Assembly: GCA_963753975.1 (NCBI GenBank)
Contig: CAVWEH010000005.1
Coordinates: forward strand, 288,001 to 352,000
Length of the DNA: 64,000 nucleotides
DNA from: an uncultured delta proteobacterium
GTDB lineage: Bacteria > Desulfobacterota > Syntrophia > Syntrophales > Smithellaceae
Direction: 5' to 3'
Within the stretch, counting starts at the first letter, position 1. Every line of letters starts with the position of its first letter. Positions 9,537-19,162 of this stretch are shown one piece after another. The position numbers and the translations under genes were made by a program. Under the pieces are notes generated by a model. The model saw only the letters and a program-made list of their open reading frames with translations, did no database searches and was not told the origin of the DNA.

Positions 9537-10832
9537 ATGAATATAAACGATTCAAACTTGCTTTTAATCTGGGTTTTTCAAACCGGTGAACCGCTTCCCA
9601 TTGATGGGGAAAATGTTCGTCCAATGCGTGCTATCAATTTGTGTAATGCTTTAATTCAAGCAGGACATAAGGTAGTATTGTGGAGTTCGGCATTCTATCA
9701 TCAGGAAAAGCGCCATCGCAGTTTTACTACACAACCTATCAAGATTTCCGATAATCTCGAAGTAAGATTGATACCCAGCTGTGGTTATCAGCGCCATATT
9801 GGATTGGGGCGTCTTATCGATCACGCGCAATTAGCTATTAATCTAAAAAAAATGCTTAAACAGTCTAAAGACTTTCCGGATGTGGCCTTTATCGGCTATC
9901 CCCCTATTGAAACTGCCGCAGTTTTGGTTCGTTGGCTTGCCAAGCGTGGCGTGCCATCGTTGCTTGATGTAAAGGATCAGTGGCCCTCTTTGTTCTTGGA
10001 TGCTGTACCAGTGCCCTTGCGACGCCTGGGGCGCATGGTTCTCTGGCCCTATTTTCATCTGGCACAAAAGGCGATGCGGTATACGACAGGCCTCTCTGCC
10101 ATGACAAACAGTTTTCTTGACTGGGCGCTGGAATTCGCTGAGCGAAACCGTTCGGAAAATGATGGCGTCTTTCCGCTTACTACCCCCTTGGGCCAAGTAT
10201 CTGCAGCACAGCTAGCGGAAGGGCGGCGATGGTGGGACGAGCAAGGAGTTTTAGATGACGGACGCCCGCGCGTCTGTTTTGTGGGTAGTTTCATGTCCAT
10301 CTTCGATTTCAAACCCGTTCAAGAGGCAGCAAAAGAATTAAGTGCGTGTCAATTTGTCATCTGCGGCGATGGCGGTTCTTCCATTGAATTGCGTGCAATG
10401 ATGTCTGGTTTGCCAAATGTATACTTCCCGGGTTGGATAGACCGACCGAAGATTGAAGCATTAGCGGAGCGCTGCCAGGCGGCGCTTGCTCCTTACTTGA
10501 ATATTGAAAACTTTACCAAAAACCTTCCTAATAAAATTGTTGATGCCCTGTCGCTCGGTTTGCCCATCCTATGTCCTCTTCAGGGTGAAGTGGCTTCGCT
10601 AATCGCCGAGCATGGAGTGGGGATGCGCTACGGCACGGATTCCGGCAAGAGCCTCTATGACTGTATTCAGACCTTAATTAATGATCCAATGCTTCAGCGC
10701 AGCATGTCCCTGAAGGCGCGTGCGCTTTATGCAGAGCGCTTTTCATTTGATATGGTTTATGGTGGACTTGTTAAGCATCTCGAAAAGTTGGCAGGCGCTC
10801 GGTTAAGGGGTACACCCATTCATTTAAGATAG
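9537..10832 (+). CDS. GT4 glycosyltransferase (WbuB-like)
   Basis: LLDVKDQWP, ICGDG, LPNKIVDALSLGLPIL. Confidence 0.85.
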   Translation: MNINDSNLLLIWVFQTGEPLPIDGENVRPMRAINLCNALIQAGHKVVLWSSAFYHQEKRHRSFTTQPIKISDNLEVRLIPSCGYQRHIGLGRLIDHAQLAINLKKMLKQSKDFPDVAFIGYPPIETAAVLVRWLAKRGVPSLLDVKDQWPSLFLDAVPVPLRRLGRMVLWPYFHLAQKAMRYTTGLSAMTNSFLDWALEFAERNRSENDGVFPLTTPLGQVSAAQLAEGRRWWDEQGVLDDGRPRVCFVGSFMSIFDFKPVQEAAKELSACQFVICGDGGSSIELRAMMSGLPNVYFPGWIDRPKIEALAERCQAALAPYLNIENFTKNLPNKIVDALSLGLPILCPLQGEVASLIAEHGVGMRYGTDSGKSLYDCIQTLINDPMLQRSMSLKARALYAERFSFDMVYGGLVKHLEKLAGARLRGTPIHLR

Positions 10833-10841
10833 GTTTTTAAA

Positions 10842-11603
10842 ATGAATAAGGACAAGCAAACCGAATTAAAGCGCTATGACTCACGTGCTCAGGCCATTCT
10901 GGCGGCTGGAAAGTCTGCCGTCGGGAACGCCTCGGTATCTGGCGCTTTGACATATCCTGCCATTTTCCGAGCACCCTATAGCTATTACGAACAGTGTATT
11001 CGCCGGTATATATCTAAAAAACATAATGTACTCGAACTTGCTTCCGGGACAGGTCTGCACACATACGCGCTGGTGCAAACCGGGGCGCGGGTGGTGGCCA
11101 GCGACATTTCCAGTCACTCTCTCATGTTACTCAATCAACGCATCGAAGGCATAACGACACAAGTGGCCGACATAGAGTCCTTGCCCTTTGAATCCGAAAC
11201 CTTTGATGTTGTCACTATGGCGGGTAGCCTGAGTTATGGGGATCCGGCCCTGGTTGATGCAGAAATCCGGCGTGTGCTGCGTCCGGGCGGTATCTTTATT
11301 TGCGTAGATTCGCTTAATCATAACCCTGTCTATCGACTTAACCGGTGGCTGCACTATAAGCGGGGTGAACGTACCAAAAGCACCTTGCTCTATATGCCGA
11401 CGATGGAGCGCATTCAATCGATCTCCAGAGGATTCAAAAATACCAAGGTCAGCTACTTCGGCGCTGTTAGCCATATGATGCCCGTTTTGGCCAATATCAT
11501 TGGGCAACCCCGTGCTGCGCAATTCTCCGATTTTGTGGATAACCTGGTTCATGTGCGGCGTGCTGCCTTTAAATTTGTACTGGTGGCACATGGTCGTTTA
11601 TGA
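10842..11603 (+). CDS. Class I SAM methyltransferase
   Basis: VLELASGTG, DIS, ADIESLPF, RVLRPGG. Confidence 0.85.
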   Translation: MNKDKQTELKRYDSRAQAILAAGKSAVGNASVSGALTYPAIFRAPYSYYEQCIRRYISKKHNVLELASGTGLHTYALVQTGARVVASDISSHSLMLLNQRIEGITTQVADIESLPFESETFDVVTMAGSLSYGDPALVDAEIRRVLRPGGIFICVDSLNHNPVYRLNRWLHYKRGERTKSTLLYMPTMERIQSISRGFKNTKVSYFGAVSHMMPVLANIIGQPRAAQFSDFVDNLVHVRRAAFKFVLVAHGRL

Positions 11604-11820
11604 GGTGTACCTGGTTTTATATTTGCCGAATCGTTTCTAAAAGTTGTTTAGTTCTTTTTATATCGCAAAAAGCACGTCCAGTGTATATAGTAAAAAATGA
11701 CGAAATTTTTCGCTGCTATTATAATACCTTGAACAGTTGATCGTTGATTTATTAAAAGAAATATGACAACTTTCCGGGGTAGGTTCGAAGAATGACAAAC
11801 ACTAAGGAGTGAAAAGATAG

Positions 11821-12957
11821 ATGAACGGTAAAAAAACAATTCCTTTTTTTAATTACTCCGCGCTTTTTAAAAATCAGGAAAAGGAAATCATGGATACGCT
11901 GCGTGATGTAATGAGCCGCGGCGCGTATATTCTGCAGAAAGATCTAAGAGAATTTGAGGAAAACATAAAAGAGCTGATAGCTGTTAAGCATGTGCTGGGC
12001 GTGGCGGATGGCACGAATGCACTGATGCTGGCGCTCCGGGCCGCAGGGATCGGGCAAGGCGATGAAGTCATTATGTCGTCCCATACTTACATTGCGACCG
12101 CCGCGTCCGTTCATTTTGTTGGCGCAACACCGGTGTTGGTGGAATGCGGAGCAGATCATATGATCGATCCTGATAGTGTTAAAAAAGCTATTAGCGGGAG
12201 AACGCGCGTGATCATGCCCACGCAACTCAATGGCCGGACCTGTGACATGGATGCCCTGCAAGCGATTGCCGATCAGCATAATCTCATCATTATTGAGGAC
12301 GCCGCACAAGCGCTTTATTCTAAGTTCAAAGGGAAATGTGCCGGTACGTTTGGCCTGGCGGGGACATTCAGCTTTTACCCGGCTAAAGTTCTCGGGTGTT
12401 TTGGCGATGGTGGCGCTGTTGTAACCAATGACGATAGAATTGCCCAACGCGTGGCTTTGTTGCGAGATCACGGACGAAATGAGAAAGGTGAAGTTGTTAC
12501 CTGGGGAACAAACAGTCGTTTGGATAATATGCAAGCGGCTATTTTAAATTTGAAACTGAAAACATTTAAGAAGGATATAGAACGCAGACGTCAAATTGCA
12601 TCCATGTATCATCAGGCCTTAAAAGATATTGAAGATTTGATTTTGCCTCCTGCTCCCGACGCGGATAAGAATTACTATGATATTTATCAAAACTACGAAT
12701 TAGAATCGGGACAGCGGGATGAGCTGAAACGCTTTCTGGCTGATTGCGGTATAGGGTCTATTATTCAATGGGCAGGGAAGGCCGTGCATCAATTTAAGGG
12801 TCTTGGCTTTGATCATGTGCGCCTCCCTGTAGTAGAAAAAATGACCGGTCGTTTTTTAATGTTACCAATGCACACAGCATTGTCCGATGATGATGTTGCG
12901 TATATTTGTGATTGCATAAGAAAATTTTATGCCGAGAAGTTGCGCACAATTACTTGA
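11821..12957 (+). CDS. DegT/DnrJ/EryC1/StrS PLP-dependent sugar aminotransferase
   Basis: IIEDAAQA, FSFYPAKVLGCFGDGG, NSRLDNMQAA. Confidence 0.92.
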   Translation: MNGKKTIPFFNYSALFKNQEKEIMDTLRDVMSRGAYILQKDLREFEENIKELIAVKHVLGVADGTNALMLALRAAGIGQGDEVIMSSHTYIATAASVHFVGATPVLVECGADHMIDPDSVKKAISGRTRVIMPTQLNGRTCDMDALQAIADQHNLIIIEDAAQALYSKFKGKCAGTFGLAGTFSFYPAKVLGCFGDGGAVVTNDDRIAQRVALLRDHGRNEKGEVVTWGTNSRLDNMQAAILNLKLKTFKKDIERRRQIASMYHQALKDIEDLILPPAPDADKNYYDIYQNYELESGQRDELKRFLADCGIGSIIQWAGKAVHQFKGLGFDHVRLPVVEKMTGRFLMLPMHTALSDDDVAYICDCIRKFYAEKLRTIT

Positions 12958-13018
12958 TGTATATAAACTTTTTTGAATTTAATTTATAAAACTTTTATAA
13001 AAACAGAGTGGAAAATAT

Positions 13019-13753
13019 ATGAAAAGGATTTTTGATATTATTTGTTCTTTCTTTGGGTTGGTTCTGTTCAGCCCTTTGCTAATACCGGTGATGATATTGG
13101 TATGGCTACAGGATTTTAGCTCGCCTTTTTATGTTGCCCCGAGAGTAGCCAAAAATGGTGGAGTCTTTCGGATGGTCAAGCTTCGTTCAATGATTGTCAA
13201 TGCGGATAGATCGGGTGTTGATTCCACCTCGGCTAATGATGTCAGGATTACTTCCATCGGGCGATTTATAAGAAGATTCAAATTAGATGAGCTGACGCAG
13301 TTGTGGAATGTTCTTAAGGGTGATATGAGCCTTGTTGGTCCTCGTCCAAACGTGAAGCGGGAGACGGACCTTTATACAAATGTTGAGAAAGAACTTTTGA
13401 CGATAAAACCGGGAATAACAGATTTTTCATCGATTGTTTTTTCAGACGAAAACGATATTTTAAAGGACAGTAAAGATCCCGATATTGAATATAATCAATT
13501 GATCAGGCCATGGAAAAGCCGTTTGAGCCTGCTGTACGTCAAACATCAGTCCTTTTTGCTGGATTGTGCCCTTGTGTTGTTAACCGCAGTGGCAATAATG
13601 TCCCGCCAAAAAGCGCTCTGGGGTGTGAACAAATTACTTGTTCTAATAGAAGCTCCGGCTGATGTTATCCGTGTTGCTCAGAGAGAAGATGTGCTTGTTC
13701 CTCATCCCCCGCCTGGCGCGGATTCTATAGTGACTCATCGGTCTGTGGCGTGA
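13019..13753 (+). CDS. Initiating phosphoglycosyltransferase (PglC/WcaJ-type)
   Basis: MKRIFD, KLRSM, KLDELTQLWNVLKGDMSLVGPRP, KPGIT. Confidence 0.92.
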   Translation: MKRIFDIICSFFGLVLFSPLLIPVMILVWLQDFSSPFYVAPRVAKNGGVFRMVKLRSMIVNADRSGVDSTSANDVRITSIGRFIRRFKLDELTQLWNVLKGDMSLVGPRPNVKRETDLYTNVEKELLTIKPGITDFSSIVFSDENDILKDSKDPDIEYNQLIRPWKSRLSLLYVKHQSFLLDCALVLLTAVAIMSRQKALWGVNKLLVLIEAPADVIRVAQREDVLVPHPPPGADSIVTHRSVA

Positions 13754-13830
13754 ATTCTCCAATGCAACGGTCTATATAGAATAGGTATAAATGATATCAA
13801 AGAGCAATGGCTATTTGATTTGATCGAAAG

Positions 13831-14817
13831 GTGCCTATGAAAGAATATTCTCATAATTTTCTGCAGCAGCTATATAGAAGCATGCTGCGCATGAGAGCTT
13901 GTGAAGAAAGCCTCGTTGAACCGATCTTAAATCGCGAAATTCTTTGTCCGTGTCATCTTTATTCCGGCGAAGAGGCGATAGCTGCAGGCATTGGCGCTTC
14001 ACTGAACGTAAGGGATTACATCTTCAGTAATCATCGCGCACATGGTCATTTTTTAGCTAAAGGTGGATCTATGAATGCGATGGTTGCGGAAATTTATGGC
14101 CGAGAGCCCGGATGCTCCCATAGTAGAGGTGGGTCGATGCATCTTATTGATCCTGAGCATGGCATGCTGGGCTCAGCGCCAATTGTTTCCGGCACAATTT
14201 CTCTTGGCCTTGGTGCAGCTTTGGCAAGTGCCATCAGAAAAGATGATCGTGCAACGGTTGTCTTTTTCGGCGATGGTGCGGCAGGTGAAGGTGTGCTGTA
14301 TGAGTCCTTAAATTTTGCGGCGCTGATGAAACTTCCCATTACTTTTGTTTGCGAAAATAATTTTTACGCCACGCATATGCCGATACGTGATTGCCGCGTG
14401 CAAAATAATATCCGTACGATTGCGGATCCCTTCTGCATTGAGAATGCTGAAGTAGATGGCAATGATGTTCTGGCGGTCTATGAGGCAGGCAGTAAGGCTA
14501 TCGAAAAATGCAGGCGGGGCAACGGCCCTTTTTTTCTGGAATGTCTGACCTATCGATTACGGGGGCACGTGGGGCCGGACGATAACATTCAAGGCCTGCG
14601 CACTGACATTCGTCCTCCCGAAGAAGTTGAGAAATGGCGTAAGAAGGATCCGATTAATACTTATGAAGAATGCCTGCTTAATCACTACGCTTTTGATACG
14701 GAAACTTTGCGCAAAATAAAAATGGACGTGGATGCTGAAGTTGCTGCTGCGCATGCCTTTGCCAAAAGTAGTCCATACCCGGATCGAAAGGATTTACTCA
14801 ATAATGTCTTCCGCTAG
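13831..14817 (+). CDS. TPP-dependent dehydrogenase E1 alpha-like subunit
   Basis: HLYSGEEA, HRAHGH, GGSMH, GDGA...ENN TPP motif, TYRLRGH. Confidence 0.9.
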   Translation: MPMKEYSHNFLQQLYRSMLRMRACEESLVEPILNREILCPCHLYSGEEAIAAGIGASLNVRDYIFSNHRAHGHFLAKGGSMNAMVAEIYGREPGCSHSRGGSMHLIDPEHGMLGSAPIVSGTISLGLGAALASAIRKDDRATVVFFGDGAAGEGVLYESLNFAALMKLPITFVCENNFYATHMPIRDCRVQNNIRTIADPFCIENAEVDGNDVLAVYEAGSKAIEKCRRGNGPFFLECLTYRLRGHVGPDDNIQGLRTDIRPPEEVEKWRKKDPINTYEECLLNHYAFDTETLRKIKMDVDAEVAAAHAFAKSSPYPDRKDLLNNVFR

Positions 14818-15853
14818 AAAACTTCGCTACAGTCTGGCGATTAACGAGGCGTTTCATCAAATGATGGCCGCCGACGCTTCAGTTTTTCTAATGGGACAAG
14901 GAACGAAAAGCCCATGGTATGTCGGCAATACCGCGCAGGGCTTGTTAGACAGGTTCGGAAAATTACGGGTTATTGATACGCCCGTTTCTGAAAATGCAAT
15001 GACTGGGGCGGCTGTCGGGGCAGCTCTTGCTGGTATGAAGCCGATTATTGTTCATCCGCGCATGGATTTTATGCTTTATGCTTTCGATCCGATCATCAAT
15101 CAGGCGGCTAACTGGTACTATATGAACGGTGGCAAATTATCCGTGCCGGTGGTTATTTGGGGTATCATCAATCGCGGCGGTGAGCAGGCGGCGCAACACG
15201 CCCAGGCTTTACATGCCATGTTCGCGCATGTTCCGGGATTAAAGGTCGTAATGCCGGCCACACCTTATGATGCCAAGGGGCTAATGATTGCAGCAGTTCG
15301 TGATCCAAATCCGGTGGTTTACATCGATGATCGATTTTTATATAATGATGAAGGCATTGTCCCGGAAGATGCTTATGAAGTGGAAATCGGTAAAGGTATT
15401 ATTCGAAAAGAAGGTGCAGATGTAACAGTTGTCGCAATTTCATTAATGGCACGAGAGGCACTAAAAGCGGCTGGTAATTTGGCAAAAGAAGGCATTGATG
15501 TGGAGTGTATTGATCTTCGGACGGCAAAGCCCATCGATTGCGGTCTGATATTGGCTTCGGTTCAGAAAACGGGACGTTTAGTTGTTGCTGATGTCGGCTG
15601 GAAAACATGTGGTCTGGCGGCGGAAATATCGGCTATCGTTGCAGAACAGGCCTTTGAATATCTTAAAGCACCTATACAAAGAGTGGCGCTTCCCGACTGC
15701 CCTGCGCCTGCCAGTTCGGTTTTAGAAAAAGAATATTATAAAACACATGCGGATATTGAGCAGGCAATAAGACAATGCATGAAACAGAGGAAAGTGGACA
15801 CTCTGGTTCATCCATCAAGGATGGACAAACTCGTCTACATGAAACTCTTTTGA
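14804..15853 (+). CDS. TPP-dependent dehydrogenase E1 beta-like subunit
   Basis: DTPVSE, HVPGLKVVMP, DAKGL, IDLRT; ATG 14804 overlaps the end of alpha. Confidence 0.9.
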   Translation: MSSARKLRYSLAINEAFHQMMAADASVFLMGQGTKSPWYVGNTAQGLLDRFGKLRVIDTPVSENAMTGAAVGAALAGMKPIIVHPRMDFMLYAFDPIINQAANWYYMNGGKLSVPVVIWGIINRGGEQAAQHAQALHAMFAHVPGLKVVMPATPYDAKGLMIAAVRDPNPVVYIDDRFLYNDEGIVPEDAYEVEIGKGIIRKEGADVTVVAISLMAREALKAAGNLAKEGIDVECIDLRTAKPIDCGLILASVQKTGRLVVADVGWKTCGLAAEISAIVAEQAFEYLKAPIQRVALPDCPAPASSVLEKEYYKTHADIEQAIRQCMKQRKVDTLVHPSRMDKLVYMKLF

Positions 15854-15857
15854 CGCT

Positions 15858-15882
15858 GCCGGCGTGCGGCGCCGGCGCTTTT
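15858..15882 (+). terminator. Possible intrinsic terminator
   Basis: GCCGGCG-tgcgg-CGCCGGC stem followed by GCTTTT, just after the E1 beta stop. Confidence 0.35.
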
Positions 15883-15921
15883 CAACCAAGATAATTTGAT
15901 TGCTTTGCGGATGGGAAGGCG

Positions 15922-17838
15922 TTGTTCATTAATATGAATATGTATTTCCAAGTAAAAAACCCCCAAATATATTTGATGATTTTCAGCGATGTTTTAATAT
16001 TTGCGTTATCTATAGTTATCTCTTACTTATTTCGCTTTGAATTTTCACTTAGCCCATTTTACATTCAGCAAATAAAAACAGTTCTCCTCTGGATTGTTCC
16101 TTTGAAGGTTATTGTTTTTTTATTTTCCGGTATTTATCGGGGAATGTGGCGCTATACCAGCGTCAGGGATTTTTGGCTTTTAGCCCGGGCCTGTTTATTA
16201 TCCACTTTATTAATTCTGGCTGTAATTTTGTACATGAGCGGTTTTCAAGGATATTCCCGGGCTATTTTTATTATAGACGGTGTTTTGACTTTTCTATTGG
16301 TTGGCGGAAAACTCATGGCTATTCGTTCTTACTTTGCCGGTTTCGCCAATCCAAAAACCAGAGAAGAACTTTTCCCGAAAGTTACTTATAAGAAAGTACT
16401 GATTATCGGAGCGGGCGCTGCCGGTGAAAAAATATTGCGGGAAATTTTTGAAAACAATCAATTACACTATCGAGTAATCGGTTTCATTGACGATGATCCC
16501 CAAAAAAAAGGCCGGTCGATCCACGGCGTACCCGTGCTGGGAAATCTGGGAATAATTACATCTCTTCTGGAGAAAGAAGATGTGAAGGAAATACTTATTG
16601 CCATTCCTTCGGCCAACGGCGATCAAATTAGAAGTATAGTGGAAACCTGTCAGGATTGTAATGTTTCTTATAAAATATTGCCGGGAATGGGCGAGCTTAT
16701 TGACGGCCGTGTAAGTATTAAAATACTGCGCGATATAAGCTATGAAGATCTGTTGGGCAGGCCGCCGGTACAATTAGATGCTACGGGTATTCACGGCTAT
16801 CTGGACGGCAAGACCGTTTTAATTACCGGCTGCGGTGGTTCGATTGGTGCCGAGTTGTGCCGGCAAGTAATAAAATATCAACCCAGCTACCTTATCTTGT
16901 TGGATGCCAGTGAAATGAACCTTTTCAATATTCAAATGGAACTGCAAAATGAAAGAGATTTCCATAAATGCGAGGCAATACTGGGGCAGGTGCAGAATAC
17001 ACACCTCATGGAGGACATCTTTAAAAAATACAAGCCGCAGGTCGTTTTCCATGCCGCGGCTTATAAGCATGTGCCGATGCTGGAAAAAAATCCCTGGGAA
17101 GCAGTATTCAATAATATAATCGGCAGCCGAATAGCCATGGAAATGTCAATTAAATATCATGTGGAACGATTCGTGCTGGTGTCTACGGACAAGGCTGTCC
17201 GTCCCGCCAATGTCATGGGGGCAAGTAAAAGGGTGACTGAATTAATTATGCAGTCTTTACAGGGCAAAAGCACACTGCTGATGGCGGTGAGGTTCGGCAA
17301 TGTTATCGGCTCTTCCGGTTCCGTGATACCTGTTTTCCGGCGGCAAATAGAAAAAGGTGGCCCCGTAACCGTTACTCATCCCGAAGTAAACCGCTATTTT
17401 ATGACCATTCCCGAGTCGACACAACTGATTTTGCAGGCAGCTGCGATGGGAGAGGGCGGAGAAGTCTTTATTTTAGAAATGGGAACGCCGGTTAAGATAG
17501 CCGACATGGCGAGGGATTTAATTCGCCTTTCCGGAAAAGAGCCGGATGTTGATATTAAAATCATTTATACCGGTTTACGTGACGGAGAAAAACTCTACGA
17601 AGAGCTCATTACGGAGGGAGAGGATATTCTGCCGACAGGGCATAGGAAAATTATGGTATTACGTTCCAATTGCCATGCTGATGAAGCAAATTATTTGCAG
17701 GAAATAAGAGCGAAATTGGAAAGCGATATCGATGAATTAATAAAATATTCTCTTCTCCACGATACGAAAGCCATAAAGAAAAAGTTCAAAGAAATTGTTC
17801 CCGAATACACGCCGCAGGAAAATGAAGCTGTTCTTTAA
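15922..17838 (+). CDS. Membrane-bound UDP-GlcNAc 4,6-dehydratase (PglF/WbpM/CapD family)
   Basis: Four N-terminal TM segments; IGAGAAG, TGCGGSIG, FHAAAYKHVP, STDKAV, MGASK, VRFGNV, GLRDGEKLYEEL. Confidence 0.93.
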   Translation: MFINMNMYFQVKNPQIYLMIFSDVLIFALSIVISYLFRFEFSLSPFYIQQIKTVLLWIVPLKVIVFLFSGIYRGMWRYTSVRDFWLLARACLLSTLLILAVILYMSGFQGYSRAIFIIDGVLTFLLVGGKLMAIRSYFAGFANPKTREELFPKVTYKKVLIIGAGAAGEKILREIFENNQLHYRVIGFIDDDPQKKGRSIHGVPVLGNLGIITSLLEKEDVKEILIAIPSANGDQIRSIVETCQDCNVSYKILPGMGELIDGRVSIKILRDISYEDLLGRPPVQLDATGIHGYLDGKTVLITGCGGSIGAELCRQVIKYQPSYLILLDASEMNLFNIQMELQNERDFHKCEAILGQVQNTHLMEDIFKKYKPQVVFHAAAYKHVPMLEKNPWEAVFNNIIGSRIAMEMSIKYHVERFVLVSTDKAVRPANVMGASKRVTELIMQSLQGKSTLLMAVRFGNVIGSSGSVIPVFRRQIEKGGPVTVTHPEVNRYFMTIPESTQLILQAAAMGEGGEVFILEMGTPVKIADMARDLIRLSGKEPDVDIKIIYTGLRDGEKLYEELITEGEDILPTGHRKIMVLRSNCHADEANYLQEIRAKLESDIDELIKYSLLHDTKAIKKKFKEIVPEYTPQENEAVL

Positions 17839-17893
17839 TCAATGACACCTGCTGAAAACAAGCGTAGCGAAGTTTGAAGTGTTGGTGGAATTG

Positions 17894-17964
17894 ATCCCGA
17901 AAGCGAAGCTTTTCGGGATATAAGCGGGTTCAATTCCCCGCGGTTTGCGGCGGGGTTGTTCATT
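17894..17964. repeat. Paired REP-like hairpins
   Basis: ATCCCGAAAGC-gaa-GCTTTTCGGGAT (17894-17919) and CCCCGCGGTTTGCGGCGGGG (17936-17955). Confidence 0.5.
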
Positions 17965-18009
17965 AATATTTGTCCGCGAAATTAAATCGTAAAGATTAAT
18001 CTGCAAAAA

Positions 18010-19098
18010 ATGATTATTGCCGCTCACCATAAAATAAATATTCCCATCAGGAAAATATTAATTATCCAATTAGGCGACATCGGCGATGTTGTCTGGGCGA
18101 TTCCTGCGTTTTGGGCGCTGAAAGCTACATTTCCGCAAGTCGTCCTCTCGGTGCTATCGAGAAATCCCTACGGAGATTTGCTTCTTGATGATCCCCACAT
18201 AGATAAGATATTTCAAGTCGACCAACAAAGCATTTTCAGAGAATTGCAATTACTAACAAATCTGCGTAGGGAAAAATTTGATTTGATTTTTGATTTACGC
18301 GCCGATGACCGCGGGGCATACACCTCCTTTCTTGTCGGGGCGAAGATGAGAGCTGCCCTTTATTATCAAGGATTGTCATGGCGCAATAGAATGTTTACTC
18401 ATCTTATAGATCCGCCACCAGCAACAGAAAGAGAAAGAACATACCGAGCCGCTGAACAATCGCTGAAAATTATCAGGGGGTTCGGAATAAAAGAAAATAC
18501 TGTCATTCCCCAACTCTTTGTTTCTTCGACAACAAAAAATAAGATAGGGGAATTATTGGCGGCAGAAAATGTTGCCGCTCGAGACGGTTATGTCACAATC
18601 AATCCTTTTTCGCGTTGGTCTTATAAGGAATGGGGGATTGATAAATGGCGACAGCTTATAGCTTTCATTTGGCAAAAATATAAAATGCCTGCGCTGATCC
18701 TGGGATCAGAAGACGAAAGGGGGCGGGCTGATAAGTTGACAGTTGCCGGCCCCTCTTCCGTATCCGTATATAATTTTGCCGGTAAAACATCCCTGCGCGA
18801 AATGGCCGGCCTTTTACAGACAAGCCGGTTGCACATTGGTGTAGATAGCGCGGCGCCGCATATAGCAGCGGCAGTCGGTACCCCGACTTTGACTATTTAC
18901 GGACCGTCCGACTGGCGTGAATGGGCGCCGCCGGGAGAAAAAAATAAGGTTGTTGTACCGGATATGGATTGTTCACCCTGTCATAAAAAAGGCTGCAATG
19001 GAAGTGGCCGAAGCGATTGCCTCGATAATTTATCCGTTGCCAAAGTTGGGAATGTCGTAGAAATAATGTTAAATAATTTTGTGTTTGATAAATCTTGA
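18010..19098 (+). CDS. GT9 LPS heptosyltransferase-family protein
   Basis: IGDVV, KEW, AGKTSL, GVDSAAPHIAAAVGTP..IYGP. Confidence 0.88.
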   Translation: MIIAAHHKINIPIRKILIIQLGDIGDVVWAIPAFWALKATFPQVVLSVLSRNPYGDLLLDDPHIDKIFQVDQQSIFRELQLLTNLRREKFDLIFDLRADDRGAYTSFLVGAKMRAALYYQGLSWRNRMFTHLIDPPPATERERTYRAAEQSLKIIRGFGIKENTVIPQLFVSSTTKNKIGELLAAENVAARDGYVTINPFSRWSYKEWGIDKWRQLIAFIWQKYKMPALILGSEDERGRADKLTVAGPSSVSVYNFAGKTSLREMAGLLQTSRLHIGVDSAAPHIAAAVGTPTLTIYGPSDWREWAPPGEKNKVVVPDMDCSPCHKKGCNGSGRSDCLDNLSVAKVGNVVEIMLNNFVFDKS

Positions 19099-19162
19099 TT
19101 TCTTTATAGTGTCTAAGTTTTTAAATTTTAAAAGACAACTTGAAAAAGATTAATAACATGCC

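Noticed and set aside
13831..15853. Housekeeping pyruvate or acetoin dehydrogenase
   Set aside because: No E2, E3 or lipoyl genes adjacent; embedded among sugar-pathway genes (not fully excluded)
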